Source of the DNA: Endomicrobiales bacterium
GTDB taxonomy: Bacteria > Elusimicrobiota > Endomicrobiia > Endomicrobiales > JALOBY01
Assembly: GCA_963796955.1 (NCBI GenBank)
Contig: CAWCNJ010000004.1
Location: 32,001 to 96,000 of the forward strand
Length of the DNA stretch: 64,000 nucleotides
Direction of reading: 5' to 3'
The notes below the pieces were generated by a model. It worked only from the letters and a program-made list of their open reading frames with translations, searched no databases and was not told the origin of the DNA. Within the stretch, counting starts at the first letter, position 1. Every line of letters starts with the position of its first letter. A program made the position numbers and the translations under genes. Shown here one piece after another: positions 10,675 through 20,809 of the stretch.

Positions 10675-12017
10675 AACTTTTCGGTACTGACGGCATACGA
10701 GGCGTGGCGGGGGATTATCCGCTGGACAGCGATAATGTAAAAAAGATAGGCGCCGCGGCCGCAGTGGTGTTCGCGAAAGGCACAACGAAACGGCCTTTGA
10801 TAATTATAGGCCGCGATACCCGCCTTTCCGGCGATGGTATAGCCAGGGCGCTTACCGGCGCTCTGACGCGCGGCGGCATTGATGTGTGGGACGTGGGCGT
10901 TATACCCACGCCGGCGGTTGCGTACCTGTGCATTAAATACCCGGTTGCGGCGGGTATCGTTATTTCAGCCTCGCATAACCCCTGGCAGGACAACGGCATA
11001 AAATTCTTCTCGCATAAAGGTACTAAGCTGCCCGACAGCCTTGAAGAGAAGATAGAAAAATTTATTTTTACTCCGAAAATCATCCCCGAAGCGAGGCCGG
11101 GAAGAAAATATTTTAAAAAAGTTCTCGTGAAGGAATACGAACAATTCCTCGCCGGTTCTCTTCCAAAAGGGATGGATCTTAAAGGCCTGTCCATTGTTAT
11201 AGATTGCGCGAACGGTTCCACCTGCGCGGTTGCGGGCAGGGTCATGGAAAAGCTGGGCGCGAAAGTGAAGGCATACAACACAAAGCCCGACGGCAGGAAC
11301 ATTAACGAAGAATGCGGCGCGCTGCACCCTGATAAGATAGCGAAAGAAGTTTTAAAGAACAAAGCTGACATAGGTTTCGCTTTTGACGGCGACGGTGACA
11401 GGGTTATGCCGGTAGACCAGCGCGGCATTGTACGCGACGGCGATTATTATCTGGCCATTATGAGCCGGTACATGAAGGATCGGGGAACGCTTGCGAAAAA
11501 TACGCTGGTAGCGACGGTCATGTCCAATCTGGGGCTATTGAAGGCGATGGAAGCGAATGATATCAAGGTATTACAGACTGCTGTCGGGGATAAAAGCGTT
11601 TCCGAGGGGATGGCAAGATCCGGCGGCATTATCGGCGGCGAGCAGTCCGGCCATATCATTTTAAAGGATCATCTGCCGACGGGTGACGGTATATTGAGCG
11701 CGCTGCAATTGACCGCGGTGATAAAAGGAACGGGTAAATCGCTTGAGGAGCTCTCAAAGATCCTTACAAAATTCCCGCAGGTGCTGCTCAACGAACACGT
11801 CTCGAAAAAAGTTCCCCTTGAACAATTGCCCGCGCTGCGCGCTAAAATAGCGGTTTACGAAAAACAACTGGGTGACAACGGCCGCGTTTTCGTAAGATAT
11901 TCCGGCACGGAAACCATGCTGCGCGTTATGATAGAAGGCCCTGATAAAAAACAAATAGAGACTATGGCAAAAGACCTGGTTGCTATAGCGAAAAAAGAAA
12001 TTGAATCGAAAAAATGA
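10671..12017 (+). CDS. glmM: Phosphoglucosamine mutase
   Basis: [11 protein letters not shown] start at 10671, ISASHNP, DGDGDR, GEQSGH. Confidence 0.97.
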   Translation: MKLFGTDGIRGVAGDYPLDSDNVKKIGAAAAVVFAKGTTKRPLIIIGRDTRLSGDGIARALTGALTRGGIDVWDVGVIPTPAVAYLCIKYPVAAGIVISASHNPWQDNGIKFFSHKGTKLPDSLEEKIEKFIFTPKIIPEARPGRKYFKKVLVKEYEQFLAGSLPKGMDLKGLSIVIDCANGSTCAVAGRVMEKLGAKVKAYNTKPDGRNINEECGALHPDKIAKEVLKNKADIGFAFDGDGDRVMPVDQRGIVRDGDYYLAIMSRYMKDRGTLAKNTLVATVMSNLGLLKAMEANDIKVLQTAVGDKSVSEGMARSGGIIGGEQSGHIILKDHLPTGDGILSALQLTAVIKGTGKSLEELSKILTKFPQVLLNEHVSKKVPLEQLPALRAKIAVYEKQLGDNGRVFVRYSGTETMLRVMIEGPDKKQIETMAKDLVAIAKKEIESKK

Positions 12018-12715
12018 TAAAACTCGGCGTTAATATCGACCATATCGCGACATTGCGCCAGCAGCGTAAGGGTATGTACCCCGATGTTTTGGCAGCCGCT
12101 CTAGCCTGTGAGAAAGCCGGTGCCAACGGCATTACCGTGCACCTGCGCGAGGATAGAAGGCATATCCAGGACAATGATGTCGTGTTGCTGCGCAAGAATA
12201 TCGCGACGCGTTTGAACCTTGAAATGGCCGTCTCTGAAGACATTATCGCGATAGCCTTGAAGGTACGGCCGGATTATGTGTGCCTGGTGCCGGAAAAAAG
12301 GCAGGAACTGACAACCGAAGGGGGCCTGGACGTGGCGGGCTCATTCGATACGGTGAAGGATGCAGTTACCCGTTTAAAGAAAGGCGGGATAAAAGTCAGC
12401 TTGTTCATTGATCCCGAAAGGTCCCAGGTTGATGCCGCCAAAGATGCCGGCGCCGATACTGTGGAGTTACACACAGGGAAATATGCCGAGCATCATACGG
12501 ATGCGGCTGAGTTCGAGCGGGTGCGGATTGCCGGCGCCCGGGCTGTCGCGCAGAACCTTGTTTTAAACGCGGGCCACGGACTTGACTATGAAAATGTCAG
12601 GTTGATAGCCGCCTTGCCGGGCATGAATGAATTGAATATCGGGTTTTCAATAGTTTCCAGGGCGCTCTTCGTAGGTTTAGAACAAGCCGTCCGTGAAATG
12701 AAACAATTACTATAG
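12014..12715 (+). CDS. pdxJ: Pyridoxine 5'-phosphate synthase
   Basis: [26 protein letters not shown]. Confidence 0.98.
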   Translation: MIKLGVNIDHIATLRQQRKGMYPDVLAAALACEKAGANGITVHLREDRRHIQDNDVVLLRKNIATRLNLEMAVSEDIIAIALKVRPDYVCLVPEKRQELTTEGGLDVAGSFDTVKDAVTRLKKGGIKVSLFIDPERSQVDAAKDAGADTVELHTGKYAEHHTDAAEFERVRIAGARAVAQNLVLNAGHGLDYENVRLIAALPGMNELNIGFSIVSRALFVGLEQAVREMKQLL

Positions 12716-12730
12716 GGGGAGAGGAAATAT

Positions 12731-14560
12731 ATGTGCGGAATAGTGGGTTATATAGGGAATAAAGAAGCGAGCACGGTAATACTGGATGGGTTGCGCCGCC
12801 TGGAGTACCGCGGGTATGATTCGGCCGGTATCGCCGCGATAGATAAAGAGATACTGGATCTGCGCCGTTCGGTCGGTAAACTGCATAATTTGCAGGCCCT
12901 GCTGATAAACGCTCCTCTGAAGGGTTGCGTGGGTGTAGGCCACACCCGGTGGGCCACACACGGCAAACCTTCCGAAGAGAATGCCCATCCCCATACGGAT
13001 TGCAGCGGCAAAATAGTGGTGGTGCACAACGGTATCATAGAGAATTACCTTGAGCTTAAGACCGCGCTTAAGGCCGCAGGCCACACGTTCAAGTCTGATA
13101 CCGATACAGAGGTGATCGCGCATACTATCGAAAAGAATTTCAAAGGCGATCTGCTGCAGGCGGTCAAAAAATCCATCTCTGAAATACGGGGGGCATTCGC
13201 CCTTGGGGTGATCTGCAGCGATGATCCGGACCGCATTATCGCGGCCCGTAAAGACGCCCCGCTTATAGTTGGCCTTGGCGACGGCGAGAATTTTATCGCG
13301 TCAGATGTGCCGGCGCTGCTTTCGTATACCCGTAAAATGGTGTTCCTGGAAGATGGCGATATCGTTGAGTTGAAACCGAACACGGTAACCATTTGGGACG
13401 CGACGGGCGCGGAAGTTAGCCGCCCGCATACCATAATCACCTGGGACCCGGTTGCCGCCGAGAAAGGCGGTTTCAAGCACTTCATGCTCAAAGAGATCCA
13501 CGAACAGACCGTCACCATTCAGGATACTATCCGCGGCCGTATTTACCCCGATGAGGGACGTATTTATCTGGAAGAGGTAAAACTAACTGATGAAGACTTG
13601 CGCGGCCTGTCACAGGTGTATATCGTGGCCTGCGGTACCTCGTACCATGCCGGCCTTGTCGGAAAATTCCTGTTGGAAAACCTGGCCAGGATACCTATTG
13701 AAGTTGATATAGCCTCGGAATTCCGTTACCGTAATCCGGTCCTGGGCAAAAACGTTCTGGTGATCGTTATTTCGCAGTCGGGTGAGACCGCTGATACGCT
13801 AGCCGCGCTACGCCTTGCAAAACAGCAGGGCTGCCGCACAATGGCCATATGCAACGTCGTCGGTTCCTCGGTCAGCCGGGAAGCCGAAAGCGTGCTCTAC
13901 ACCCATTGCGGCCCCGAGATCGGCGTTGCCTCGACCAAGGCTTTCACCGGGCAATTAGCCAGCATGTACCTGCTGGCCATAGATTGGGCTTCCCGTCTGA
14001 AAACATTGCCGGCCGGCGAAGTTTCCAGGCTTATTAACGAATTCTGGCGCGTGCCGATGCTGGTAAAAGAAGTGCTGAAAAAAGATAAAGAGATAGAAGC
14101 GCTCGCGCGGTTATACTCTGCTAAAAAGGATTTTCTTTTCCTTGGGCGCAATGTTAATTACCCGATAGCATTGGAAGGCGCCCTTAAATTAAAAGAGATC
14201 TCCTATATTCATGCTGAAGGCTACGCGGCTGGTGAAATGAAACATGGCCCTATCGCCCTGATAGACGAAAACATGCCGGTGATGGTGATAGCCACGAACG
14301 GAAAGGTGTTTGAAAAAATACTTGGCAATATGGAAGAGGTTAAAGCGCGCGGCGGCATAGCGATCGCGATAGGTACGGAAGGTAACAAAGAAGTAGGTTC
14401 CAAAGCGGACAAGGTGGTATTTGTACCGGCCTGCGATGAAATTTTTTCGCCGCTTATCAACGTTATTCCGTTGCAGTTGTTCGCCTATTATACGGCGGTT
14501 ATACTGGGCGCTGATGTGGACCAGCCGAGGAACCTGGCTAAATCCGTAACAGTGGAATAA
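12731..14560 (+). CDS. glmS: Glutamine-fructose-6-phosphate transaminase
   Basis: MCGIVG, HTRWATHG, SQSGET, PRNLAKSVTVE. Confidence 0.99.
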   Translation: MCGIVGYIGNKEASTVILDGLRRLEYRGYDSAGIAAIDKEILDLRRSVGKLHNLQALLINAPLKGCVGVGHTRWATHGKPSEENAHPHTDCSGKIVVVHNGIIENYLELKTALKAAGHTFKSDTDTEVIAHTIEKNFKGDLLQAVKKSISEIRGAFALGVICSDDPDRIIAARKDAPLIVGLGDGENFIASDVPALLSYTRKMVFLEDGDIVELKPNTVTIWDATGAEVSRPHTIITWDPVAAEKGGFKHFMLKEIHEQTVTIQDTIRGRIYPDEGRIYLEEVKLTDEDLRGLSQVYIVACGTSYHAGLVGKFLLENLARIPIEVDIASEFRYRNPVLGKNVLVIVISQSGETADTLAALRLAKQQGCRTMAICNVVGSSVSREAESVLYTHCGPEIGVASTKAFTGQLASMYLLAIDWASRLKTLPAGEVSRLINEFWRVPMLVKEVLKKDKEIEALARLYSAKKDFLFLGRNVNYPIALEGALKLKEISYIHAEGYAAGEMKHGPIALIDENMPVMVIATNGKVFEKILGNMEEVKARGGIAIAIGTEGNKEVGSKADKVVFVPACDEIFSPLINVIPLQLFAYYTAVILGADVDQPRNLAKSVTVE

Positions 14561-14566
14561 ATTTTA

Positions 14567-14896
14567 ATGAATATCGGTATAGATATTGTTGAAGTCGGCA
14601 GGATAGCAAAACTGATCAAGAACAAAGCCTTTCTTAAGAGGGTTTTTACTGCGCAGGAAATGGCATATTGCTCGGCAAAAAAGAATAAGGCGCAGCATTT
14701 CGCAGTTCGTTTCGCGGCGAAAGAAGCCGTTTATAAAGCGCTTGGACAGGCAGCTCTTGCGCTTACAGATATCGGTGTAAAGAACCAGCCTTCAGGAAAA
14801 CCGGAAGTTTATATTAAGGGGAAGCGTAAGTCGGGTATAGCGATTTCCCTTACTCATACTGATTCATATGCCGCAGCCGTTGCTGTAAAACAATGA
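14567..14896 (+). CDS. acpS: Holo-ACP synthase
   Basis: GIDIVE, RFAAKEA, ISLTH. Confidence 0.95.
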   Translation: MNIGIDIVEVGRIAKLIKNKAFLKRVFTAQEMAYCSAKKNKAQHFAVRFAAKEAVYKALGQAALALTDIGVKNQPSGKPEVYIKGKRKSGIAISLTHTDSYAAAVAVKQ

Positions 14897-15029
14897 TGTT
14901 CTGTGCACGAAACCGTTTCCGGCCGGATATTTTCAGAGTGTGTCGCCTCTCGAGGCCCACGTTTTGAGACGCAGTCTCAGGGGGCCGTTCTGAAAATAGG
15001 AGGTGGAAATGGTTGAAATGCACAGCACT
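14897..15029. repeat. ~130-bp long imperfect hairpin element (MITE/REP-like or structured RNA)
   Basis: Nested stems CTGTGCA/TGCACAG, AACCGTTTCC/GGAAATGGTT, TATTTTCAGAGTG/CGTTCTGAAAATA, GCCTCTCGAGGC/GTCTCAGGGGGC. Confidence 0.75.
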
Positions 15030-15044
15030 AACAGGTGTCAAATA

Positions 15045-15917
15045 ATGAAAAAGATAGATCTTGGATTTGTAAAGTCACTGGTCGTTAAGCGCAAAAGATC
15101 CGCCCACAAAGGCGATTTTGGGCATGTGCTTATATTGGCCGGCTCAAGAGGCATGGCGGGAGCGGCGCGCCTTGCCGCGGGCGGCGCATTGCGCGGCGGA
15201 GCGGGCCTGGTGACTGTCGGCGTCGCAAAAAGCCTGTACACTGTTGTGGGCGAATGTTTAAGACCCGAATCCATGTTGTTGCTGCTGCCGGAAAATAAAT
15301 CCGGCGGGATAGCGCAGTCAGCTTTCGCAAAAATAACCGCTTTCGTAAAGAAGCGCGGTGTAACCTGCATCGTTGCCGGCCCCGGCATGGGTAATACCGC
15401 CGATACCGCCGCCCTGATCAAAAAGATCATTGCCGCCTTTGATATTCCCGTCGTTCTGGACGCCGACGCGCTTAATTCCCTGACCGGCAACCTGAAAATA
15501 TTTCAAACTGCCCGCGCCAAAGTTATCGTAACGCCTCACCCCGGCGAGATGTCCCGTCTGGCCGTCATGATGCCGGCGCGCGTGCAGGGGAACCGTGAGT
15601 CCGTTGCCCGCCTGTTCGCGAAAAGACACAAGATCATCTGCGTATTAAAAGGCGCGGGCACCGTTGTCAGTGACGGCGAACGAACATTTATTAACACTTC
15701 CGGCAACCCCGGTATGGCGACCGGCGGCACGGGCGATGTGCTTGCGGGTCTTATCGGCGCGCTTACTATGCAGGTGAAAGAACCGAAAACACTGAACGCT
15801 GCCCTGTCAGGCGTCTTTATACACGGCAGAGCCGGCGATTTAGCCGCACAAGAAAAAACAGAAATGGGCATGTTGGCCGGCGACTTAATTGAATATATAC
15901 CAAAAGCGTTGAAATAG
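15045..15917 (+). CDS. nnrD: NAD(P)H-hydrate dehydratase (stand-alone)
   Basis: HKGDFG, GPGMG, DADALN, TPHPGE, TGGTGDVLAG. Confidence 0.93.
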   Translation: MKKIDLGFVKSLVVKRKRSAHKGDFGHVLILAGSRGMAGAARLAAGGALRGGAGLVTVGVAKSLYTVVGECLRPESMLLLLPENKSGGIAQSAFAKITAFVKKRGVTCIVAGPGMGNTADTAALIKKIIAAFDIPVVLDADALNSLTGNLKIFQTARAKVIVTPHPGEMSRLAVMMPARVQGNRESVARLFAKRHKIICVLKGAGTVVSDGERTFINTSGNPGMATGGTGDVLAGLIGALTMQVKEPKTLNAALSGVFIHGRAGDLAAQEKTEMGMLAGDLIEYIPKALK

Positions 15918-15936
15918 CGACTTTTAAGGATCAGGT

Positions 15937-17991
15937 GTGAACAACAAAATTTCTTTTGCTACGATCATTAACACGGTGATACGGCTGGTCGCGCTGAACG
16001 CGGCTGTGTTGTTGGTGATGACGCTGTGCCGTGTGGTGTTTTTTGTGCACTTCGGCCATTCCATGCAATTTGCCGGCCTTTGGCATTACGTGATCAGGGC
16101 ATTCATGCTCGGCATGCGTTTTGACCTGGTGCAGGTGGCCTGGGTGAACGCGCTGGTGCTGTTATCATTGTTCATAATTTGGGCAATCGGGAGCAGAAAG
16201 GTTTTTGAAGGCTGGCTTGCCGGGCTCACGTGGTATTACACGTTTTTCTTTGTGGTCATATTTACGATCATCGGCGTCGATTTTGGCTTCTATTCGTTCT
16301 TTAACGAGCATATTAATATCCTTGTCTTCGGTTTTTTTGAAGATGACACGAAAGCGCTTTTGTCCACCATGTGGAATAATTACCCTATAATTCGCATGAC
16401 ACTTGGTCTGGCCGCAATGATAGCCGTAGTTTACGCGGTAGTTCGCTTTACAATATCGTCGATAAGAAAAGCACCTGAGACTGTCCGTACGTTTCATGTT
16501 TCAGCCAGGGTGTCAATTATAACATTGTTGCTGTTTGTTAACTTTTTTGCGGTGCGCGGTTCGTTCGGCATGTTCCCGCTGGACATTATGGATAGCGCGA
16601 TATCGCCCAACGAATACATTAATAAACTTTCACTGAACGGGGTTTATACGTTTTATAGGGCCGTTGAATTTAGAATGAAGGATGATAAAGCCTATAATCT
16701 GTTACAGGCGCTCGGCTATAAAGACCGGGTCGGCGATGCTGTCTCTGTCTATCTCGGTAAAACGGTTGCCGTGGATCCCGCCAACCCCCTCGCCGCCCTG
16801 ATCAGGCGCACGCCGCTTAACCCCGCGGCCGCAAAGCTAAAACCGAACGTGGTCGTTTTTCAAATGGAATCCTTTGCGACGCACCTTACCAACTATAATT
16901 CCCCTGATTTTGATATGCTGGGCGATCTTAAAGAGCATATGGCGAAAGACCACGTTTTCTGGCGGTTCGTTTCTTCCGATATTGGGACGATCGGCTCGCT
17001 GGAATCGTTCCTGATGAACACCCCTAAACGGCCGGAATCAAAATATGTTACGCAGTCAAAATATGCTTTCAATTCTTACGCTTCCGGCATGGCGGTGCCC
17101 TACAAGAACGCCGGCTATGAGACGATATTCATCTACGGCGGCAATGTGGGATGGCGCAATATAAATTCCTTCGTCCCGCTGCAAGGGTTCGACCAGTGCC
17201 TGGGAGAGGGTTCCATGGACCTGGCATATGGCCGCAACGAATGGGGTGTGTACGATGAGCATTTGTTCGATTTTACGCTGAAAAAGCTTGCCGAGAACCC
17301 GGATAAACCGAAATTTATTTTCGTGGTCACGACCAGCAACCACCCGCCCTACACACTGCCGGCGGACTATAAGGCGAGACCTATCCATATGCCGCCGGAA
17401 GTTCGTAAATTGATAGCCTCCGACACTGATCTGGTGGACAAGCGCTTGATCGCCTATCAGTACGCGAATCAAAAATTTGCCGAGTTCCTGACCGCCCTTA
17501 AAAGCGGCCCGCTGGGAGGGAAAACCGTTATCGCCGCGAGTGGTGATCATAGTTTTCATTTATTTGATTATGGCAGCGACCGCACCTTCGATGTGCTGGG
17601 CGTACCGTTCTATCTGTACATCCCAAAGGCACTTGAGCCGGCGAAGGTAGATATGACTACCCCCGGTTCTCACGCTGATATAGTGCCGACGGTCTATGAC
17701 CTTACTCTTTCGAATCAGCCCTATCTTGCCATCGGCCGTGACATGCTTGCACCGGGAGACCATATCGGCTACAACACTACCGGGTTGATATTTTCCGATA
17801 AGGCAGTGGCTAAGTACGATTATAAAACAGGCGCAACTGAATACTTCGCCTGGGACCCGGCTAATTACCGGCGTCTTGTCGTTGCGCCGAAGAACGCCGA
17901 GCATGAACGGATCATCAACTATTATAAGGCTTCATTAGCACTGACGGATTATCTGGTGCATAATCCCATGAAACCGGCGGACCTGAAATGA
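15937..17991 (+). CDS. LTA synthase/sulfatase-like membrane phosphotransferase
   Basis: Five TM segments, then QMESF, GTIGS, TTSNHPPY and GDH motifs. Confidence 0.88.
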   Translation: MNNKISFATIINTVIRLVALNAAVLLVMTLCRVVFFVHFGHSMQFAGLWHYVIRAFMLGMRFDLVQVAWVNALVLLSLFIIWAIGSRKVFEGWLAGLTWYYTFFFVVIFTIIGVDFGFYSFFNEHINILVFGFFEDDTKALLSTMWNNYPIIRMTLGLAAMIAVVYAVVRFTISSIRKAPETVRTFHVSARVSIITLLLFVNFFAVRGSFGMFPLDIMDSAISPNEYINKLSLNGVYTFYRAVEFRMKDDKAYNLLQALGYKDRVGDAVSVYLGKTVAVDPANPLAALIRRTPLNPAAAKLKPNVVVFQMESFATHLTNYNSPDFDMLGDLKEHMAKDHVFWRFVSSDIGTIGSLESFLMNTPKRPESKYVTQSKYAFNSYASGMAVPYKNAGYETIFIYGGNVGWRNINSFVPLQGFDQCLGEGSMDLAYGRNEWGVYDEHLFDFTLKKLAENPDKPKFIFVVTTSNHPPYTLPADYKARPIHMPPEVRKLIASDTDLVDKRLIAYQYANQKFAEFLTALKSGPLGGKTVIAASGDHSFHLFDYGSDRTFDVLGVPFYLYIPKALEPAKVDMTTPGSHADIVPTVYDLTLSNQPYLAIGRDMLAPGDHIGYNTTGLIFSDKAVAKYDYKTGATEYFAWDPANYRRLVVAPKNAEHERIINYYKASLALTDYLVHNPMKPADLK

Positions 17992-19136
17992 AAGACCTCT
18001 CCACACTGCTGATCTCCATACGCCGGCAGATACATCAGTATCCGGAACTTGGCAATAATGAATTTAAGACCTCGGCTCTTATAGAAAAAACCCTTAAGGC
18101 TCACGGAATAAAAACCCTCCGCCCCGGGAAAACAGGGGTTGTCGGCACTATTAAAGGCACCGCTGCCGGCGCCGACCGGTGTGTGGCCCTGCGCGGTGAT
18201 ATTGACGCCCTGCCTGTGACCGAAGCAACCGGTGTGCCGTTCGCTTCAAAAACAACAGGGGTCATGCACGCCTGCGGCCACGACGCAAATTGTACCATGG
18301 TGCTGGGCGCTGCGCTGCTGCTCGCATCAAGAAAAAATATTTTTTCAGGGACCGTAAAATGCTTATTTCAGCCGAACGAGGAATCCTCTGACGGCGCGAA
18401 AGGCCTTATACGCGCCGGTGTGCTGAAAAACCCCGCTGTAGAAGCGATAGTCGGGATACATGTAAGCCCCTGGCTGAAGGTTGGCGAGCTGGGCTTGAAG
18501 CGCGGGGCTATGATGGCGGCGGTTGATCAGTTCAAGATCGAGATAATCGGTGAAGGCGGCCATGGCGCTTACCCGCATCTTGCGACCGATTCCATCGTTG
18601 CAGCGGCGCAGGTTATCAATGCTCTGCAAACCGTTGTTTCAAGGCAGGTTGACCCGGTGGAGCCGGCGGTGCTCACCATCGGGCAGATAAACGGCGGCGA
18701 ACGCTACAATATTGTGGCGGGCAAAGTTACCATGATAGGCACGGTGCGTACTCTGAACGAAAAAGTACACAGGCAGATGCCGGTTCTTATGGATAAGGTG
18801 ATCAAAAATATTTGCGCGGCCTTCGGGGCGAAGTATTCCTTCAAATATGAAGTGCTGGGCAGCGTATTGGAAAATAACGATGCGGTCCTTGATGTGTGCC
18901 GCCAAACAGGGATGGAAGTATTAGGCGCAGGCAATGTGAAACTGCTTGAAAAACCCTCTATGGGCGGCGAGGATTTCGCCGAGTATCTGCGCACGGTGCC
19001 CGGCTGCTTCCTGTATATCGGCGCGGCCGGTAAAAAGGCGTACCCATGGCATCATGAGAAGTTCAATATAGATGAGAAAGTGTTATCTGCCGGCGCTCAG
19101 CTGATGGCCGCCGCCGCTGAAAAACTATTACTGTAA
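17988..19136 (+). CDS. M20D family amidohydrolase
   Basis: RGDIDALP, MHACGHD, FQPNEE, GGEDF. Confidence 0.95.
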   Translation: MKDLSTLLISIRRQIHQYPELGNNEFKTSALIEKTLKAHGIKTLRPGKTGVVGTIKGTAAGADRCVALRGDIDALPVTEATGVPFASKTTGVMHACGHDANCTMVLGAALLLASRKNIFSGTVKCLFQPNEESSDGAKGLIRAGVLKNPAVEAIVGIHVSPWLKVGELGLKRGAMMAAVDQFKIEIIGEGGHGAYPHLATDSIVAAAQVINALQTVVSRQVDPVEPAVLTIGQINGGERYNIVAGKVTMIGTVRTLNEKVHRQMPVLMDKVIKNICAAFGAKYSFKYEVLGSVLENNDAVLDVCRQTGMEVLGAGNVKLLEKPSMGGEDFAEYLRTVPGCFLYIGAAGKKAYPWHHEKFNIDEKVLSAGAQLMAAAAEKLLL

Positions 19137-19148
19137 TCGGAGGTTGTT

Positions 19149-19373
19149 ATGCTTGCCGTTATCGTTGGTTTGGTTTTCTCTATTTCAGGTATTTGGGGTA
19201 TTGTGGTCTGGTGGCCGGAAATGGTTATGGTCTTTAAAGGCCTTGTGCCCTTCATGATATTTGTCGGCGGCTGCATCTCTATTGTAGCGGGCATTACGTC
19301 TATCCGCGATTCAATGGATGACGCCCGCGACAAAGAAAAAGAAAGAGAGAACGCCAAAACGGAACAGAAATAA
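19149..19373 (+). CDS. Small two-TM membrane protein, MamI-like
   Basis: RBS GGAGG; G7-G14-G17-WW-G31-VP-G41-G48-S-R spacing matches the MamI pattern recalled from memory. Confidence 0.65.
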   Translation: MLAVIVGLVFSISGIWGIVVWWPEMVMVFKGLVPFMIFVGGCISIVAGITSIRDSMDDARDKEKERENAKTEQK

Positions 19374-19382
19374 ATACGCTAC

Positions 19383-20384
19383 ATGAACCTGAAACAGATC
19401 GGCGAATATGGTTTGGTAGAACGCATTAAACGGCAGATCAAAACGACCGGCAATACCCTGTTGCTGGGACCGGGTGATGACTGTTTCGCGGCGCACGTGC
19501 CCGCCGGTTGCGCTGTGCTTGGCACCACGGACATGCTTATCGAAAACCGGCACTTTCGCAGGCGCTGGATAACTCCGCAGGATCTTGGCTATAAAGCGAT
19601 GGCTGTTAATATCAGCGACCTCGCCGCGATGGGTGGTTGTAAAACAGCTCAGGCAATGGTTTCAGTAGGTTTGCCAAAAAACACCCCTGTGAGCTTTGTG
19701 GATAACCTGTACAAAGGTATGCACAAGTGCGCTAAAAAGTATAATATGACCATGGCCGGCGGCGACACAGTGTCAAGTGATAAAGACATTGTAATTTCAA
19801 TAAGTTTAATAGGTTACTCTCTTCCTAAAAATATTGTTAAAAGGTCCGGTGCACAGATTGGGGATATCATATGTGTAACGGGTACATTTGGGGATGCTTT
19901 TGCCGGCCTTTCCTTGCTTGAAAAATCCAAAAAACAACTCAAAAATAAGGCCGATTGGATGTGTAAACTTATCCACAGCCAGTTATTGCCCGAGCCAAGG
20001 ATGTATGAGGCGCTCACGCTTTCAAGCCGACATCTTGCAACCGCTATGATAGATTCGTCTGATGGCCTGGCCGCCTCTGTTGGCTTTATTGCTAAAGAAA
20101 GCGGGAAGGGCGCGATAATAAATTTGCAGGATGTTCCCGTGTCAGATGCCTTCGCCAGCTGGGCGACGCTTGGTAAACGCGGCGATTGCTGCGAGGCCGC
20201 GCTTTTCGGCGGGGAAGAATATGAGCTGGTCTTTACAGTAAACCCTGAAAATCTTAAGGCAGTCCAAAAACTTATTCCCGATATTTCTGTAGTCGGCGCT
20301 ATAAAGGCTGGCCGGGGTGTAAAATATTTGGATAATGGCCGCCCCGTTGTTCTGCCCGCAAATACTTTTGAACACTTCGCATGA
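19383..20384 (+). CDS. thiL: Thiamine-monophosphate kinase
   Basis: GPGDD, NISDLAAMG, GGDT, DSSDGL, GGEEYEL. Confidence 0.96.
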   Translation: MNLKQIGEYGLVERIKRQIKTTGNTLLLGPGDDCFAAHVPAGCAVLGTTDMLIENRHFRRRWITPQDLGYKAMAVNISDLAAMGGCKTAQAMVSVGLPKNTPVSFVDNLYKGMHKCAKKYNMTMAGGDTVSSDKDIVISISLIGYSLPKNIVKRSGAQIGDIICVTGTFGDAFAGLSLLEKSKKQLKNKADWMCKLIHSQLLPEPRMYEALTLSSRHLATAMIDSSDGLAASVGFIAKESGKGAIINLQDVPVSDAFASWATLGKRGDCCEAALFGGEEYELVFTVNPENLKAVQKLIPDISVVGAIKAGRGVKYLDNGRPVVLPANTFEHFA

Positions 20385-20809
20385 AACTTAAAAAAAGTTA
20401 CACAACTTCATCTCCCGTGGAAACTAAAACCATCGCACGGGATTTCGCCGCCCATTGCGGCCCTGGAACAATAGTATGCCTGCACGGCGACCTGGGCGCG
20501 GGTAAAACAACCTTCGTAAAAGGCATGGCCGCCGGCTTGAAGCTTAAGGACACCGTTAAAAGCCCGAGCTTTACGCTGATAAATGAGTACGGCACCGGCG
20601 CTAAAAAACTGTATCATATGGACCTCTACCGGTTGGCAAGCGCCGACCTGCACGACCTTGGCCTGGAAGATTATTTGGGCGGTGACGGCATTTGTGTTAT
20701 AGAATGGGCAGAACGCCTCTCTCACGTTCCCGGCAACGTTTGGAACATAACGATAAAACGCATCTCAGACAGAGAGCGGCGCATAGGCATAAGCCAGGTG
20801 AAACAATGA
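20381..20809 (+). CDS. tsaE: t6A biosynthesis ATPase TsaE
   Basis: GDLGAGKTT, SPSFTL, HMDLYRL, IEW. Confidence 0.97.
   Translation: MKLKKSYTTSSPVETKTIARDFAAHCGPGTIVCLHGDLGAGKTTFVKGMAAGLKLKDTVKSPSFTLINEYGTGAKKLYHMDLYRLASADLHDLGLEDYLGGDGICVIEWAERLSHVPGNVWNITIKRISDRERRIGISQVKQ

Noticed and set aside
12716..12730. glmS ribozyme
   Set aside because: Only 15 nt separate pdxJ and glmS
14897..15029. 6S RNA call for the long hairpin
   Set aside because: Shorter than typical 6S and no clear large central bubble; cannot be assigned without a covariance search
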